DNA from: Candidatus Woesearchaeota archaeon
Lineage (GTDB): Archaea; Nanobdellota; Nanobdellia; Woesearchaeales; ARS49
DNA length: 64,000 bases
Reading direction: 5' to 3'
Assembly (NCBI GenBank): GCA_016203225.1
Contig: JACQNC010000014.1
Coordinates: forward strand, 91,715 to 155,714
The position numbers and the translations under genes are program-made. The stretch's first letter is position 1. Every line of letters begins with the position of its first letter. This document shows, one piece after another, positions 1-10,110 of the stretch. The notes beneath the pieces were generated by a model. That model saw only the letters and a program-made list of their open reading frames with translations, searched no databases and was not told the origin of the DNA.

Positions 1-1155
1 CTCACCGATTCGAAAAAGTACTTCTATCTGAAGAATGGCAAGTCTCTCAGAAGCATCGCCGAGCTCGCGGCAGGGATAGACAAGCTGCCTGACGATGTCT
101 TCAACCACCACGTCTCCGACAAGCACAACGACTTCGCGAACTGGATAAAGGACGTTTTCAATGAAGAGCATCTCAGCGAGGCGATGCGCAAGCTCCGCAC
201 GCGCAAACAGCTCTCTGACCTGCTGAAACGGTTCCTCGAAAAGGGCCATTTTGTACATGAAGTGATCATCATCGGCGGCGGGATCGCGGGCATGAGCGCC
301 GCCGTGTACGCCGCGCGCGGAAGGATGGACTACATCATCATCTCGCCTGACTTCGGCGGCCAGATGAACGTCTCGGGCGAGATCGAGAACTATCCAGGAA
401 TGGCGCACACGAACTTCGCCGAGTTCCAGGACAGGTTCCGCGAGCAGATGACCGCGAACGGGATAGAGTTCATCGACGAAAACGTGAAGGGGATCAAGAA
501 ACTGGATGACGGGCACTTCTTCGTCATCACGGACAAGGCTAAGTATGAAAGCGAAAGTATCATCGTCTGCACCGGGGCCCGTGCGCGACGTTTGAACGTT
601 CCGGGCGAAACCGAGTTCGAGAAGAAAGGGCTCACGTACTGCCACGTCTGCGACGGACCGCTGTTCAAGAACCTCGACGTCGCGATCGTGGGTGGCGGCG
701 ACGCCGCGCTGGAAGCGGCTGCAGGGATGCTGCGCATCGCGCGCAAACTATACTTGATCACCATCAATCCCAATATGACCGGCCACGAATATCTCGTTGA
801 ACGGGTCGTCGGACAGGAGAAGGTCGAAGTCGTCGCGAACGCAAAAACAGTCAAAATCGTGGGTGACAAATCGGTCACCGGCATCGTTGTCGAGCAGAAT
901 GGCAAGCAGCGCACGCTCCCTGTCAAAGGCATAATAGTGGAGATCGGAAGGATCCCGAACGCGGAAGCCGTGAAAGGACTCTGTGAAATCGATGCTGACG
1001 GGCACATCATGGTCGGGAAGGACATGATGACCTCCGTGCCAGGCATCTTCGCGGCAGGCGACTGCGCAGACGGCCACGAATACCAATACGCCATCTCCGC
1101 AGGACAGGCAGTGACCGCATTACTCAAGGCACAACGCTATCTGCGTCGCAGGTAG
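1..1155 (+). CDS. trxB: Thioredoxin reductase-like FAD oxidoreductase with an N-terminal DUF5752-like domain (5'-truncated by window edge)
   Basis: Frame +1 is open from base 1 (LTDSKKYFYLKNGKSLRSIAEL...NHHV...NDFANWIKDVF) into IIGGGIAG, CHVC redox motif, GGGDAA, GIFAAGD. Confidence 0.85.
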   Translation, partial: LTDSKKYFYLKNGKSLRSIAELAAGIDKLPDDVFNHHVSDKHNDFANWIKDVFNEEHLSEAMRKLRTRKQLSDLLKRFLEKGHFVHEVIIIGGGIAGMSAAVYAARGRMDYIIISPDFGGQMNVSGEIENYPGMAHTNFAEFQDRFREQMTANGIEFIDENVKGIKKLDDGHFFVITDKAKYESESIIVCTGARARRLNVPGETEFEKKGLTYCHVCDGPLFKNLDVAIVGGGDAALEAAAGMLRIARKLYLITINPNMTGHEYLVERVVGQEKVEVVANAKTVKIVGDKSVTGIVVEQNGKQRTLPVKGIIVEIGRIPNAEAVKGLCEIDADGHIMVGKDMMTSVPGIFAAGDCADGHEYQYAISAGQAVTALLKAQRYLRRR

Positions 1156-1210
1156 AGTCCATTAACTATTTATACCTCCATTACTGCCCGCGTAATGAAA
1201 GAGGTTACCT

Positions 1211-1747
1211 GTGAGATACCTGGCATTCCTGGCATTGTTTCTCGTCCTGCTCGCAGCCTGCCAGCCAGTCATGCCAGCGACCGAGATGAGGACTACTTCG
1301 CCTGAGCCCATGCCTCCTTCGGTGAGTGCGGAACCTTCCGCGCCAGCGCCCGACGGCGAGCCCGCACTCACTGCCGGGTTCAAGCCCACAGGCAAACTCC
1401 TTGTGGATGCGACGACACAGTACATAGAATACAACCAAGCCGACTTCGATGCGGCACGAGCAGCAGGCAAAATCGTCTATCTCGAGTTCTGGGCAGCATG
1501 GTGTCCGTTCTGCCAGCGCCTGGAACCGTTGATCAGGGAATCCATCGCCAACCTGGACGATCCTGGCGTCGTCGCGTTCCGCGTGAACTACGACAATTCA
1601 GCTGACCTCCAGAAAAAATATAATGTCATCTACCAGCACACGCACATCGTCCTCAAGACAGATGGCAGCGTTTCGTGGAAATCGCTAGACACGAACTGGA
1701 ACGATGAACTCTTCAGATCAGAGATCCAAAAAGCGAAAGGTGGTTAA
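1211..1747 (+). CDS. Thioredoxin-family lipoprotein
   Basis: Lipobox-like LAAC; FWAAWCPFC motif. Confidence 0.85.
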   Translation: MRYLAFLALFLVLLAACQPVMPATEMRTTSPEPMPPSVSAEPSAPAPDGEPALTAGFKPTGKLLVDATTQYIEYNQADFDAARAAGKIVYLEFWAAWCPFCQRLEPLIRESIANLDDPGVVAFRVNYDNSADLQKKYNVIYQHTHIVLKTDGSVSWKSLDTNWNDELFRSEIQKAKGG

Positions 1748-2458
1748 GTGGCAGACCTCACGATCGGCATCGCATTCATCGCAGGCATCATCTCGTTCCT
1801 ATCACCGTGCGTGCTGCCCCTGGTTCCGGCATTCCTGAGCTACTTGGCAGGCACGAGCGCGCAAGATATCAAGGAGGGGAAAGCCGCGCGCATGAAGATA
1901 TTCGTCAATTCACTCCTATTCGTGCTCGGATTCTCGGTGGTGTTCTCCATCCTCGGCGTGCTGCTGAACAGCGTCCTGGCGAACGTCGCGTACGACACGC
2001 GCGTCTGGCTCGGACGGATCGGCGGCGTCATCATCATCCTCTTCGCGCTCTATCTGCTCAAGCTTATCAGGTTGCCATTCCTCGAGCGCGAGCACAAATT
2101 GCAGGTCAGGTGGAAAGCCAGTTATTTCACGTCATTCCTGTTCGGCGCGGCCTTCGCGGCCGGCTGGACACCGTGCGTCGGTGCAGTGCTGGGAAGCGTG
2201 CTGACTTTGGCGATCGCGAACCCGGCCCAGGCGTTCCCGCTGCTGTTCTCATACACCCTAGGATTGGGCTTGCCGTTCCTCGCCGTGGGGATCTTCACGT
2301 CGCAGGCGACCAACCTCATCGGTAAAGCCGGCAAGTGGTTAGTGTACTTCAACTACGTAGTCGGCGTGCTGTTATTGATATTAGGCATACTCGTGTTCAC
2401 GAACAAACTTAGCTTGATCGCGAACTTCGCGTTCCTGAACGAGTTCCTGCTCCGATGA
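1748..2458 (+). CDS. ccdA: Cytochrome c biogenesis CcdA/DsbD membrane domain protein
   Basis: SFLSPCVLPLVP and GWTPCVG motifs, about 6 TM segments. Confidence 0.9.
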   Translation: MADLTIGIAFIAGIISFLSPCVLPLVPAFLSYLAGTSAQDIKEGKAARMKIFVNSLLFVLGFSVVFSILGVLLNSVLANVAYDTRVWLGRIGGVIIILFALYLLKLIRLPFLEREHKLQVRWKASYFTSFLFGAAFAAGWTPCVGAVLGSVLTLAIANPAQAFPLLFSYTLGLGLPFLAVGIFTSQATNLIGKAGKWLVYFNYVVGVLLLILGILVFTNKLSLIANFAFLNEFLLR

Positions 2459-3594
2459 AAGGAAGGACTGTCGCGCTGATAATCGTGCTTCTATTGATCG
2501 CCGGCGCCGTCTGGTACATCGAGAGCCAGAAACCCGACATCCCTGAATCCGAGCCTACGATAACGCCGACTCTGCGAGGAGGCGCGCTAGAATCGACCTC
2601 TCCAAAAGTCCAGATGACGCTGGACGAGAAAGCGAAGAAGTATCCTGTCGCGCCTGACTTCATCCCGACCGGCGAATGGATAAATTCGGAGCCGTTGACG
2701 ATCGCGGGATTGCGCGGCAAGGTCGTGCTCGTGGACTTCTGGACGTATTCCTGCATCAACTGCATCAGGACCTTGCCGTATCTGACATCTTGGGACGCGA
2801 AGTACCGCGACGCAGGACTCGTGATAGTCGGCTCGCACACGCCTGAGTTCGAGTTCGAGAAGGACATCGAGAACGTCAAGCGCGCCATGGAGAAGCACGG
2901 CATCGCGTATCCAGTGTTCCAGGACAACGAGTTCCGCACGTGGCGGGCGTATAGGAACCAGTACTGGCCGCACAAGTATCTGGTCGACATCGATGGCTTC
3001 ATCAGGTTCGACCACATCGGCGAAGGCGGCTACGTCGAGACAGAAGAACTCATCCAGGAATTGCTCAAAGAACGGATGCAGCGCATGGGTGAAGTGATGG
3101 ACGTAGAGAAACCCATAACGACGCCTGAAGACGTCCAAGAGGTCGACTTCGGCAAGATCAGGACTCCTGAACTTTATTTCGGGTACGCATTCCGCAGACA
3201 TGCGGGCGGCAACGAGGAAGGCTATCCGCCCGAGAAGACTGTTGAGTACCTCGAGCCAAAGAACCGCGGCGTCAACATCCCATACATGGAAGGGACGTGG
3301 AACAACCAGGAAGATTTCATGCAGCTGGAGATTGGCACGGGCAAGGTTTATCTCACGTACAACGCGAAATCCGTAAACATCGTCGCAAGCAGCGATGCCG
3401 GTTCGACGGTCGAAGTCCTTGTCGATGGCGTGCTGGTGGATGCGAACGCAGGAAGCGACGTCGTCGATGGAAGCGTTTCTGTCGCGGACGAGCGGCTTTA
3501 CAACGTCGTCATGAGCGACGATTACGAACCGCACGAGCTAGAATTGCGGATATCCGGGAAAGGGTTCAGGATCTATACGTTCACGTTCGGATGA
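2455..3594 (+). CDS. DipZ-like membrane-anchored redoxin
   Basis: DFWTYSCINC, TPELYFG, C-terminal YTFTFG; ATGA overlap with ccdA. Confidence 0.85.
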   Translation: MKGRTVALIIVLLLIAGAVWYIESQKPDIPESEPTITPTLRGGALESTSPKVQMTLDEKAKKYPVAPDFIPTGEWINSEPLTIAGLRGKVVLVDFWTYSCINCIRTLPYLTSWDAKYRDAGLVIVGSHTPEFEFEKDIENVKRAMEKHGIAYPVFQDNEFRTWRAYRNQYWPHKYLVDIDGFIRFDHIGEGGYVETEELIQELLKERMQRMGEVMDVEKPITTPEDVQEVDFGKIRTPELYFGYAFRRHAGGNEEGYPPEKTVEYLEPKNRGVNIPYMEGTWNNQEDFMQLEIGTGKVYLTYNAKSVNIVASSDAGSTVEVLVDGVLVDANAGSDVVDGSVSVADERLYNVVMSDDYEPHELELRISGKGFRIYTFTFG

Positions 3595-4445
3595 GCCATC
3601 AGGCGTTTCGCCAACGTCTTCAACCACGCGCTCACGATGTTGGTCAATCTCTCCTCATACCCCTCGAAATCATGGTTTGCTCCCTTGATCAGGCGCACTT
3701 CGGCATGAGGGTTCTGTCTGAGCAGCCTTGCCGCAGCCTGCACACCGATAGCTGTGAAGATGTCCTTGGTGCCGATTACCGTGAGTATAGGAATCCTCAG
3801 TTTCCGGTATAACGGGAGCTTTCCTGCATGGAACGGCAAGGCCTTCGCCAACTCGGCGCGCTTTCCAAAAAAGCTAGCGTAAGAAGCCGCGGTTTTTGGG
3901 GCGAATCCTGCGTGCGGCCGCGGATGGGCTGTGAGCAATTCGTCACCCTTGCCGCGCTCAAGCAGCGATTCTGATTCCCGTTCCAATTGCAGCAGCACCT
4001 GCGCTGGCATGAATCTTTGCTGGTTGCCGAACGAGTCCGAAGGAGCGAGGAGCACCAAGCCGTGTACGGCATGGTTCCCGCGCGCAGCGTAATAGGTCGC
4101 TTTCTCGGTGCCTAAGCTATGGCCTTGCAGGATGATCGTACGATACCCTTTCGCTTCAGCGAACCCGATCCAGGCATCGATGTCTTTCACGCAATCCTCA
4201 AAGATCTCCCCAACGCAACCCGGCAGACTCGGCTGGAGAACCCCTGTGCCGCGGTTGTTCGTGCTCAGAAAGCTCACGTTGTGCGTGACGAATTCTGCTG
4301 CCATGTTCCGCATGAAGTCCTCATCATAGAAGTTGCTCGCAGTGCCGTGGACATTTATGACTATCACCGTGCTTGCCGCTTCAAACAGCATTCCGTCAAG
4401 AACTAGACGGTCCTCAGTCTTGACCTGGACGAGCGGGTAGCGCAT
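3573..4445 (-). CDS. Alpha/beta hydrolase (DUF1749-like)
   Basis: VHG oxyanion motif, GHSLG nucleophile elbow, GTKD, GANH. Confidence 0.85.
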   Translation of the reverse strand: MRYPLVQVKTEDRLVLDGMLFEAASTVIVINVHGTASNFYDEDFMRNMAAEFVTHNVSFLSTNNRGTGVLQPSLPGCVGEIFEDCVKDIDAWIGFAEAKGYRTIILQGHSLGTEKATYYAARGNHAVHGLVLLAPSDSFGNQQRFMPAQVLLQLERESESLLERGKGDELLTAHPRPHAGFAPKTAASYASFFGKRAELAKALPFHAGKLPLYRKLRIPILTVIGTKDIFTAIGVQAAARLLRQNPHAEVRLIKGANHDFEGYEERLTNIVSAWLKTLAKRLMAHPNVNV

Positions 4446-4520
4446 CGAGGAGCACCGAATTCGAGCCTATATAATTTTTGCGCGAATCAGGTCATGTGGC
4501 GTAGTTTTTAATACTCCGCG

Positions 4521-4901
4521 ATGCTGCTCTCACCCATGCAAACCTCATTGACGGTCGACGACGTCTGTGATCTCCTCCAACGCCAGGCGCAGATCGTGCT
4601 CCTCGACGTCCGCGAGCCCGCTGAGTGGGCAGAGGCAAGGATCGATGCCGCGACGCTCATCCCGATCAGCAAGCTCGTCGAGGACCTGCCAAAGCTCGGA
4701 CTGCCGAAGGACCAGCAAGTCATCTGCATATGCCGGTCCGGTAGACGGAGCGGACTCGCCGCGGAGTTCCTTCGCAGCCAAGGCTACCAGGCAGCAAACA
4801 TGGAAGGCGGATTACGGCAGTGGTTCATCCACAAACATACAGAAGGGGCGATTGACGATAAAGAATTCAAGCGCGTCGCAGCGTTTTTAGGGCCGCAGTG
4901 A
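4521..4901 (+). CDS. Rhodanese-like domain protein
   Basis: LLDVREPAEW, CRSGRRS, MEGG..W. Confidence 0.9.
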   Translation: MLLSPMQTSLTVDDVCDLLQRQAQIVLLDVREPAEWAEARIDAATLIPISKLVEDLPKLGLPKDQQVICICRSGRRSGLAAEFLRSQGYQAANMEGGLRQWFIHKHTEGAIDDKEFKRVAAFLGPQ

Positions 4902-5174
4902 TCAATCCTTCCCGATATGGAAATACGACCCTGTTTCTGCGCGTCTGCGCCAGAGATACGCGCTGCCAAGATAGAGGAATCCGCTCAAGGCAAGCCCGAA
5001 TGCGCCGCCGAGCATTCCGTCTTTGAAACGCTCTGAATGCTCCGCTCCGAATGCAAGCGCGCCTGCCGAGACCTCACACAGGACGCCGGTGACTATGCGG
5101 ATCTTCCACGATTTCATGCACGCTTTTCGCCATCCGTCTGATGCGAGATTCTCAAGCGACTGATTGTCGGACAT
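4902..5174 (-). CDS. Small hypothetical membrane protein
   Basis: Two hydrophobic segments; fills the gap between rhodanese and pgi; start uncertain. Confidence 0.45.
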   Translation of the reverse strand: MSDNQSLENLASDGWRKACMKSWKIRIVTGVLCEVSAGALAFGAEHSERFKDGMLGGAFGLALSGFLYLGSAYLWRRRAETGSYFHIGKD

Positions 5175-5260
5175 GCAGGATCGTGAGTTCCGCGAGTATT
5201 TATTCCTGCCGGCAGCAACGTTTAAAAGCAGCCAGCACTCATTCAACAAAAAGAGGCGGC

Positions 5261-6502
5261 ATGTTCACTATACACTGGAACGACTGCGGTTTCTCCGCGA
5301 AGCAGGTCAGAGCGGTCGCCAAACGGCTCTTGTTCGACGTCCACCAATTGCACCACGTCATCCAGGAACGCATGTACGGAAACGACGCCGCTTCCGTCAT
5401 CCTGCCTTTCGACAAGCGCCACGTCGCGGCCGCGAAGGTCTTGGCGAAGAAGTGCGGCAATGCGGACCTCGTGATCGTTGTCGGCATCGGCGGCTCGAAC
5501 CTAGGCACGCTCGCGGTCCAACAAGCAGTGACGGGCATATTCGACCAACGCATCTTGTATGCGGACACTGTCGATCCTGACGCGACGCACCACATCATAG
5601 ATGAAGCGAAGCGCGTCCTGAAGAGCCATGGCCGCGTCGTACTCAACGCAGTATCAAAATCAGGAAGCACGACCGAGACCATAGCCAACTTCGCGGCGTT
5701 GGTCGACGCGTTGCCGCACAGCGACCATCTCCACATCATCGTCACGACCGATGTCGGCTCGCACTTCGAGCAATTCGCGCGCTCGAAGGGCTACGACGTG
5801 CTCAGCATCCCTACCCATGTCGGCGGGCGTTACAGCGTCTTCTCGACGGTCGGCTTGTTTCCCCTGGCAGTGCTCGGCGTCGACGTCCACCGACTCGTCG
5901 AAGGAGCGCACGACGCGCTCCAACGTTGTTTGAGGAAAAACAATGACAATCCCGCGCTGCTGCTAGCGGCAATCGCTTATCTCAACCATCAGAAAGGCAA
6001 ACGCGTGCACGACACTTTCGTGTTCAGCAAAGACTTGGAAGGCTACGGTAGATGGTATCGGCAGCTGTTGGCTGAGAGCATCGGCAAGGGCGCAGAAGCG
6101 GGCATAATCCCAACTGTTTCCGTAGGCAGCACCGATCTGCACAGCGTCGGCCAGCTTGATCTCGCCGGACCTGACCTGACTTATTATCGCTTCGTGACAG
6201 TCAAGAAAACCCAACACGACCTGCACGTGCCAGACGGCTACGACGCGCTCGTGCCGCTCTCCGGAAAATCATTCTCCACAATCATGGACGCGATACTGAA
6301 AGGCACTCAAGCCGCGTTCAAGAGACACAAGCGACCTTTCATAGAAATCTCACTGCCGGACAAGTCAGAAGAAACCATCGGAGCGCTGCTGCAGACAGAG
6401 ATGGTCAGCGTCATGCTCCTCGGGCATCTCCTGCGAGTCAACCCGTTCGACCAGCCCGCGGTGGAAGAATACAAGAATGTTACGAGAAAGTTGTTGGGCT
6501 AG
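5261..6502 (+). CDS. pgi: Glucose-6-phosphate isomerase (PGI family)
   Basis: GIGGSNLG, SKSGSTTET, VGGRYSV, QLLAESIGK, NPFDQPAVE; start placed at ATG 5261 after GAGG. Confidence 0.92.
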   Translation: MFTIHWNDCGFSAKQVRAVAKRLLFDVHQLHHVIQERMYGNDAASVILPFDKRHVAAAKVLAKKCGNADLVIVVGIGGSNLGTLAVQQAVTGIFDQRILYADTVDPDATHHIIDEAKRVLKSHGRVVLNAVSKSGSTTETIANFAALVDALPHSDHLHIIVTTDVGSHFEQFARSKGYDVLSIPTHVGGRYSVFSTVGLFPLAVLGVDVHRLVEGAHDALQRCLRKNNDNPALLLAAIAYLNHQKGKRVHDTFVFSKDLEGYGRWYRQLLAESIGKGAEAGIIPTVSVGSTDLHSVGQLDLAGPDLTYYRFVTVKKTQHDLHVPDGYDALVPLSGKSFSTIMDAILKGTQAAFKRHKRPFIEISLPDKSEETIGALLQTEMVSVMLLGHLLRVNPFDQPAVEEYKNVTRKLLG

Positions 6503-6750
6503 ACCAACCGTTTCCCGGTCTCCATGTCCTCAATGTGGATGACGTTCACGGGGCACGAGCGTGCGGCGTCCATCATCTTCTCGAGTTCTGTCTCTTCGAT
6601 GATGAGCTCGAAATGCGCGTCCTTCTTCACGCTGTCCTTCAGCTCGGCCTTGCCATCGTCCAACAGGCGCCAGCGGTCATCATTGGCAGCGACGCACGTC
6701 GCTGCGCCGATGCAGTTCTTCCGTTCATAGATGACTTTGTACTTCTTCAT
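6499..6750 (-). CDS. Single-cluster ferredoxin
   Basis: CIGAATC...AARSCPVNVI. Confidence 0.85.
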   Translation of the reverse strand: MKKYKVIYERKNCIGAATCVAANDDRWRLLDDGKAELKDSVKKDAHFELIIEETELEKMMDAARSCPVNVIHIEDMETGKRLV

Positions 6751-6956
6751 CTGCGCGTCCTCGAGGGACCGCCTGTCTTGTATGGAGAATAGCTCCCTTT
6801 CGCCTTCTGGCTCGTCTTTTCGCCGGCCTCTGATTCGAACTCGGTAGTCTCGTCAAAACCGCACACGTTGCACACGCGCATCTGCTGGCCGCGGTACGCG
6901 ACAAGCTTGACGTCAGCGCTCTTGCATCTGGGGCAGGCAGGCATCAGCTTCTGCAT
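6747..6956 (-). CDS. Small zinc-ribbon protein
   Basis: CPRC...CNVCG; ATGA-coupled to the ferredoxin. Confidence 0.7.
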   Translation of the reverse strand: MQKLMPACPRCKSADVKLVAYRGQQMRVCNVCGFDETTEFESEAGEKTSQKAKGSYSPYKTGGPSRTRR

Positions 6957-7294
6957 GACTCGAGATAGCCCTGCTCAAAGTCGCGTGCGTATCGCGCGGT
7001 GACGTCGCCGAGCTTGTTGCCCGTGAGATCGTCCGTCGCCTCGATTCCGGTCTGTTCCAGGAAGGCGTCGATTGTCCTGGCGTTCAACCCCTGAGAACTG
7101 CCGACCACGTGGAGCGCGAGAAGTCCGGGTGCCTCGCGCATATCCTGCGCAAGGACGACAATGACTTCTTCGCCTTTTCGTGTGACGCTCACGTATGCGT
7201 TGTTCTCAACCGGGATGAAGCCCCCGAACCGTTGGAGCGTCGCCCGAAGAATCCCTTTGTATGCGCAGATCCGCGCAAGTCCTGTCCATGCCAT
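6944..7294 (-). CDS. Hypothetical protein
   Basis: ORF in a co-directional run, no motif recognised. Confidence 0.5.
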   Translation of the reverse strand: MAWTGLARICAYKGILRATLQRFGGFIPVENNAYVSVTRKGEEVIVVLAQDMREAPGLLALHVVGSSQGLNARTIDAFLEQTGIEATDDLTGNKLGDVTARYARDFEQGYLESCRS

Positions 7295-7319
7295 GACAAA
7301 GAGAAACCGTGATCGCTTT

Positions 7320-7814
7320 TTAACGCTTTCGATACACTCTGTCGAGATTCACTATCAACTGCCTGCCTTGGAAGCCGGCTTCAGGTTCGTGCCAGTACAG
7401 GACGCCTTTCTCGCCCAGCTTCCAGCACAAAAGCACCTGCCTGCCTTGGAACCAGTAAGGGAAATCGACCAATCCTTGGTCGAGATCCTTCACGATCAAG
7501 CCCTTGTCCAATATCTCCTGCAGCGCGTCGTAGAACCGCAGACAGACTGCATGGAAGACCTTGCTGGCCTGCACGTTGTTGTTGAGCATGAACTGGAAAC
7601 CCTCGTCGGAAGTCACTTCGATCATGCACGAGAACTCCTTGTGGGAATCCACCAACTGCTCGATGGCCATCTTGTGCTCGAGCACGACCTTAAGTTTGCG
7701 AGAAAGCCACGGGACAAGACGGTCTGCCTCTTCGATGGTGAAGAACCGCTTGTCGTCGTTCACGAACAACCGGAAGATTTCCGGATTTATAAAGTGTTCG
7801 TTAGAGAACGCCAC
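7320..7814 (-). CDS. DUF2203 family protein
   Basis: RFFTIEEA..LVP, VKDLDQGLVDFP, LCWKLGE..V.YWH....GFQGRQ. Confidence 0.85.
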   Translation of the reverse strand: MAFSNEHFINPEIFRLFVNDDKRFFTIEEADRLVPWLSRKLKVVLEHKMAIEQLVDSHKEFSCMIEVTSDEGFQFMLNNNVQASKVFHAVCLRFYDALQEILDKGLIVKDLDQGLVDFPYWFQGRQVLLCWKLGEKGVLYWHEPEAGFQGRQLIVNLDRVYRKR

Positions 7815-8641
7815 GTCTTCTGCAGAAGCAAAGCATCCTCTTCGATGTTCGGGCTCTCATCGATGACGACGCCCTTGATCCTGAACTCATCCCAGACCTT
7901 CACGAGTTCCTTCCAGCGCAAGTCGCCGTCCTTCAGATTCAAATGGTTCTTCTCGCCTTTAGGCCCGTAATTGATGCCGCATACCTGTATGTGCATGTTA
8001 TCGAGACCTTCGCGCCCGAGCTCTTTCTCCAATTCCGTCATGATCGCCCTGAACTCATCTGTCGTGTTGTTGATGCCGTTGTATCTCGCGTGCAGGTGCG
8101 CGAAGTCCACGCATGGCAGCACGCCCTCGATGTCCTGCGAGAGCCGGATGCATTCCTTTAGGTCGCCCCACTGCGATTCCTTGCCGGTCGTCTCGGGACG
8201 GAGCCAGACATTTGTCAGTCCCTTGTCCTTCAATTCAGCCATCACGGTCTTGAAGTTCTTCTTGACGATCTCGTACGTCTCCTCTTTGCTTCTTCCAAGA
8301 TAGAATGCGGTGTGCCACGTGATGCTCCAACCGCCGACCTCGTGCATGCGCGTGGCTGCCTCGATCATGCGCTGCATGCTCGGCTTGAGCTTCGTCGCAT
8401 CAACGGGAGAGAGATTGACGTAATACTGCCCGTGGCACGTGAGCACGATGTTGTTGTCTTCCGCGGCCTTCCTGATGAGGGGAGCTTTCTCCTTCGAGAT
8501 GTTGACGCTCTGCACCCATTCCAATTCCATCGCGTCCAAACCTAACTTCCTGCACTGCGCGATGCCGTTCGCGGTGTCGCGCGGCTGCGTCGACATCGGG
8601 ATTCCCGGACTGCCGAAAAGGAGTTCGTTGATTTTCTTCAT
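7787..8641 (-). CDS. nfo: Endonuclease IV (archaeal AP endonuclease family 2)
   Basis: H..YYVNL, RPETTGK..QWG, PCVDFAHLHAR, GEKNH, ESPNIEEDA. Confidence 0.9.
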   Translation of the reverse strand: MKKINELLFGSPGIPMSTQPRDTANGIAQCRKLGLDAMELEWVQSVNISKEKAPLIRKAAEDNNIVLTCHGQYYVNLSPVDATKLKPSMQRMIEAATRMHEVGGWSITWHTAFYLGRSKEETYEIVKKNFKTVMAELKDKGLTNVWLRPETTGKESQWGDLKECIRLSQDIEGVLPCVDFAHLHARYNGINNTTDEFRAIMTELEKELGREGLDNMHIQVCGINYGPKGEKNHLNLKDGDLRWKELVKVWDEFRIKGVVIDESPNIEEDALLLQKTWRSLTNTL

Positions 8642-8650
8642 TTGTCTTCT

Positions 8651-8766
8651 CGTCTCGTCCCAAGTATGATGAGTCCCAAGCGCGATCTCCTCCGGCAGGT
8701 TTGAGGAGTTGTAGCTATCGATTCTGTCCCGTTAAAGCGACTACCAACCTGCTTATGGCTGCAACG
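8651..8766 (+). repeat. Dispersed palindromic intergenic repeat, copy 1
   Basis: GGCAGGTTTGA...TATCGATTC...GCGACTACCAACCTGC core, preceded by outer module GTCCCAAGTATGATGAG. Confidence 0.8.
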
Positions 8767-8795
8767 GATGCGGTGTGCACGTGAATCGCGAACGT

Positions 8796-9710
8796 TCATG
8801 TCAGGTCCTGATAGTTCGTCAAACCCTTGATTTTCTTGATGACTGAAATGCCTGCGTTGCAGCCTTCACCGACAGACTTCGAGATCTGGTAGTTGCCGCC
8901 TGTGCAGCCGCCGGCAGCGAACACTCCATCGACGTTTGTCTTTCCGTCACGGTCGATCTTGATCGACTGTCCGTCCATCTCGAGCCCGAGTTTCTGGCTG
9001 AACGCCAGTGCGGTCGCGGTGCCGAGCGCCAGGAACACGCCGTCGGGCTTCTCCTCCGAATTGTCCGAGAACTTGACCTTCTCCAGTCTCTTGTCGCCGA
9101 CGAACTCGACAGCGCGGCGCTTGTCGTACTTGATCTCGCGTTGGTCCAGCATCGTCTTCAATTCAGGAGCGATCGAGAACTCCTTGCCGTTCGACACGAT
9201 CGTGATGTCATCAGTCAATCCAGTGAGCTCGAGCGCCTCTTCCGCGGCGAAACTGCTGTGGCCTATCACGAACACCCTCTTGTTCTTGTAGAACGGACCG
9301 TCGCACGCGACGCACGTATGCACGCCGCGGCCCATCAGCTTGTCCTCATTCTTGGCGCCGGAACTCTTCGCGGTCAATCCGGTGGCGATGATCAGCGCCT
9401 TTGATTGGAATTTGCGCGCATCGGCGAGCTTGACCGTGAACGAGCCACCTTTCTCCTCGGCATGCACGACTTCCGCGACAAGGTGCTCGGCGCCGTACTT
9501 CTTGACCTGCTCGACGCCACGGTCCAGTAAATCAGGACCCGAGACACCATCGCTGCCGAGGAAGTTCCCCACCTCCTGCGCCTTTATCAAACCAGTCTTC
9601 TCGATGTCGCCGATCATAAGCACTTTCAGTCCAGCGCGAGCCATGAATATGCTCGCGGCCATGCCTGCGGGACCGGCGCCTATCGTGATACAATCATAGA
9701 TCCCTGGCAT
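8796..9710 (-). CDS. trxB: Thioredoxin reductase-like oxidoreductase, paralogue 2
   Basis: MPGIYDCITIGAGPAG, CVACDG, GVFAAG; start moved to ATG 9710 overlapping the Rieske stop. Confidence 0.85.
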   Translation of the reverse strand: MPGIYDCITIGAGPAGMAASIFMARAGLKVLMIGDIEKTGLIKAQEVGNFLGSDGVSGPDLLDRGVEQVKKYGAEHLVAEVVHAEEKGGSFTVKLADARKFQSKALIIATGLTAKSSGAKNEDKLMGRGVHTCVACDGPFYKNKRVFVIGHSSFAAEEALELTGLTDDITIVSNGKEFSIAPELKTMLDQREIKYDKRRAVEFVGDKRLEKVKFSDNSEEKPDGVFLALGTATALAFSQKLGLEMDGQSIKIDRDGKTNVDGVFAAGGCTGGNYQISKSVGEGCNAGISVIKKIKGLTNYQDLT

Positions 9711-10015
9711 TAGGCATCCACCAGGATCTGGCCGCCTTCGACCTTGAGCTTGAAGCAGGAAACCGCTGTCGGCGCAGGCGGAGACAAGACCTTGCCAGTC
9801 GTGACATCGAACTGGCCGCCGTGCCACGGACACGTGACCGTGATGCCGTCCAGCTCGCCTTCTCCCAGCGGGCCGCCCTTGTGCGTGCAACGGCCATTTA
9901 TGCAATAGAATTTCCCTTCCACGTTCGCGATGGCGATATCCTTGTCGTTCGCCTTGAACGCGCGGATGTTCCCCAGAGGAACGTCAGATGTCTTGCAGAC
10001 CGGTACGAATGCCAA
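9710..10015 (-). CDS. Rieske [2Fe-2S] ferredoxin
   Basis: CTHKGGPL...CPWHG..FD. Confidence 0.92.
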   Translation of the reverse strand: MAFVPVCKTSDVPLGNIRAFKANDKDIAIANVEGKFYCINGRCTHKGGPLGEGELDGITVTCPWHGGQFDVTTGKVLSPPAPTAVSCFKLKVEGGQILVDA

Positions 10016-10110
10016 ACCACACCTCCCTTTGGCAGGTACGTGCTAAGCGGGCTATAAAAAGGTTATTGAGAATCCTGACAGATCATAAAGAATAAAAACC
10101 AAGAAATCAA

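Noticed and set aside
8796..9905. 369-aa extended TrxR from the ORF track
   Set aside because: The extension is an alternative frame of the Rieske gene; the real start is ATG 9710
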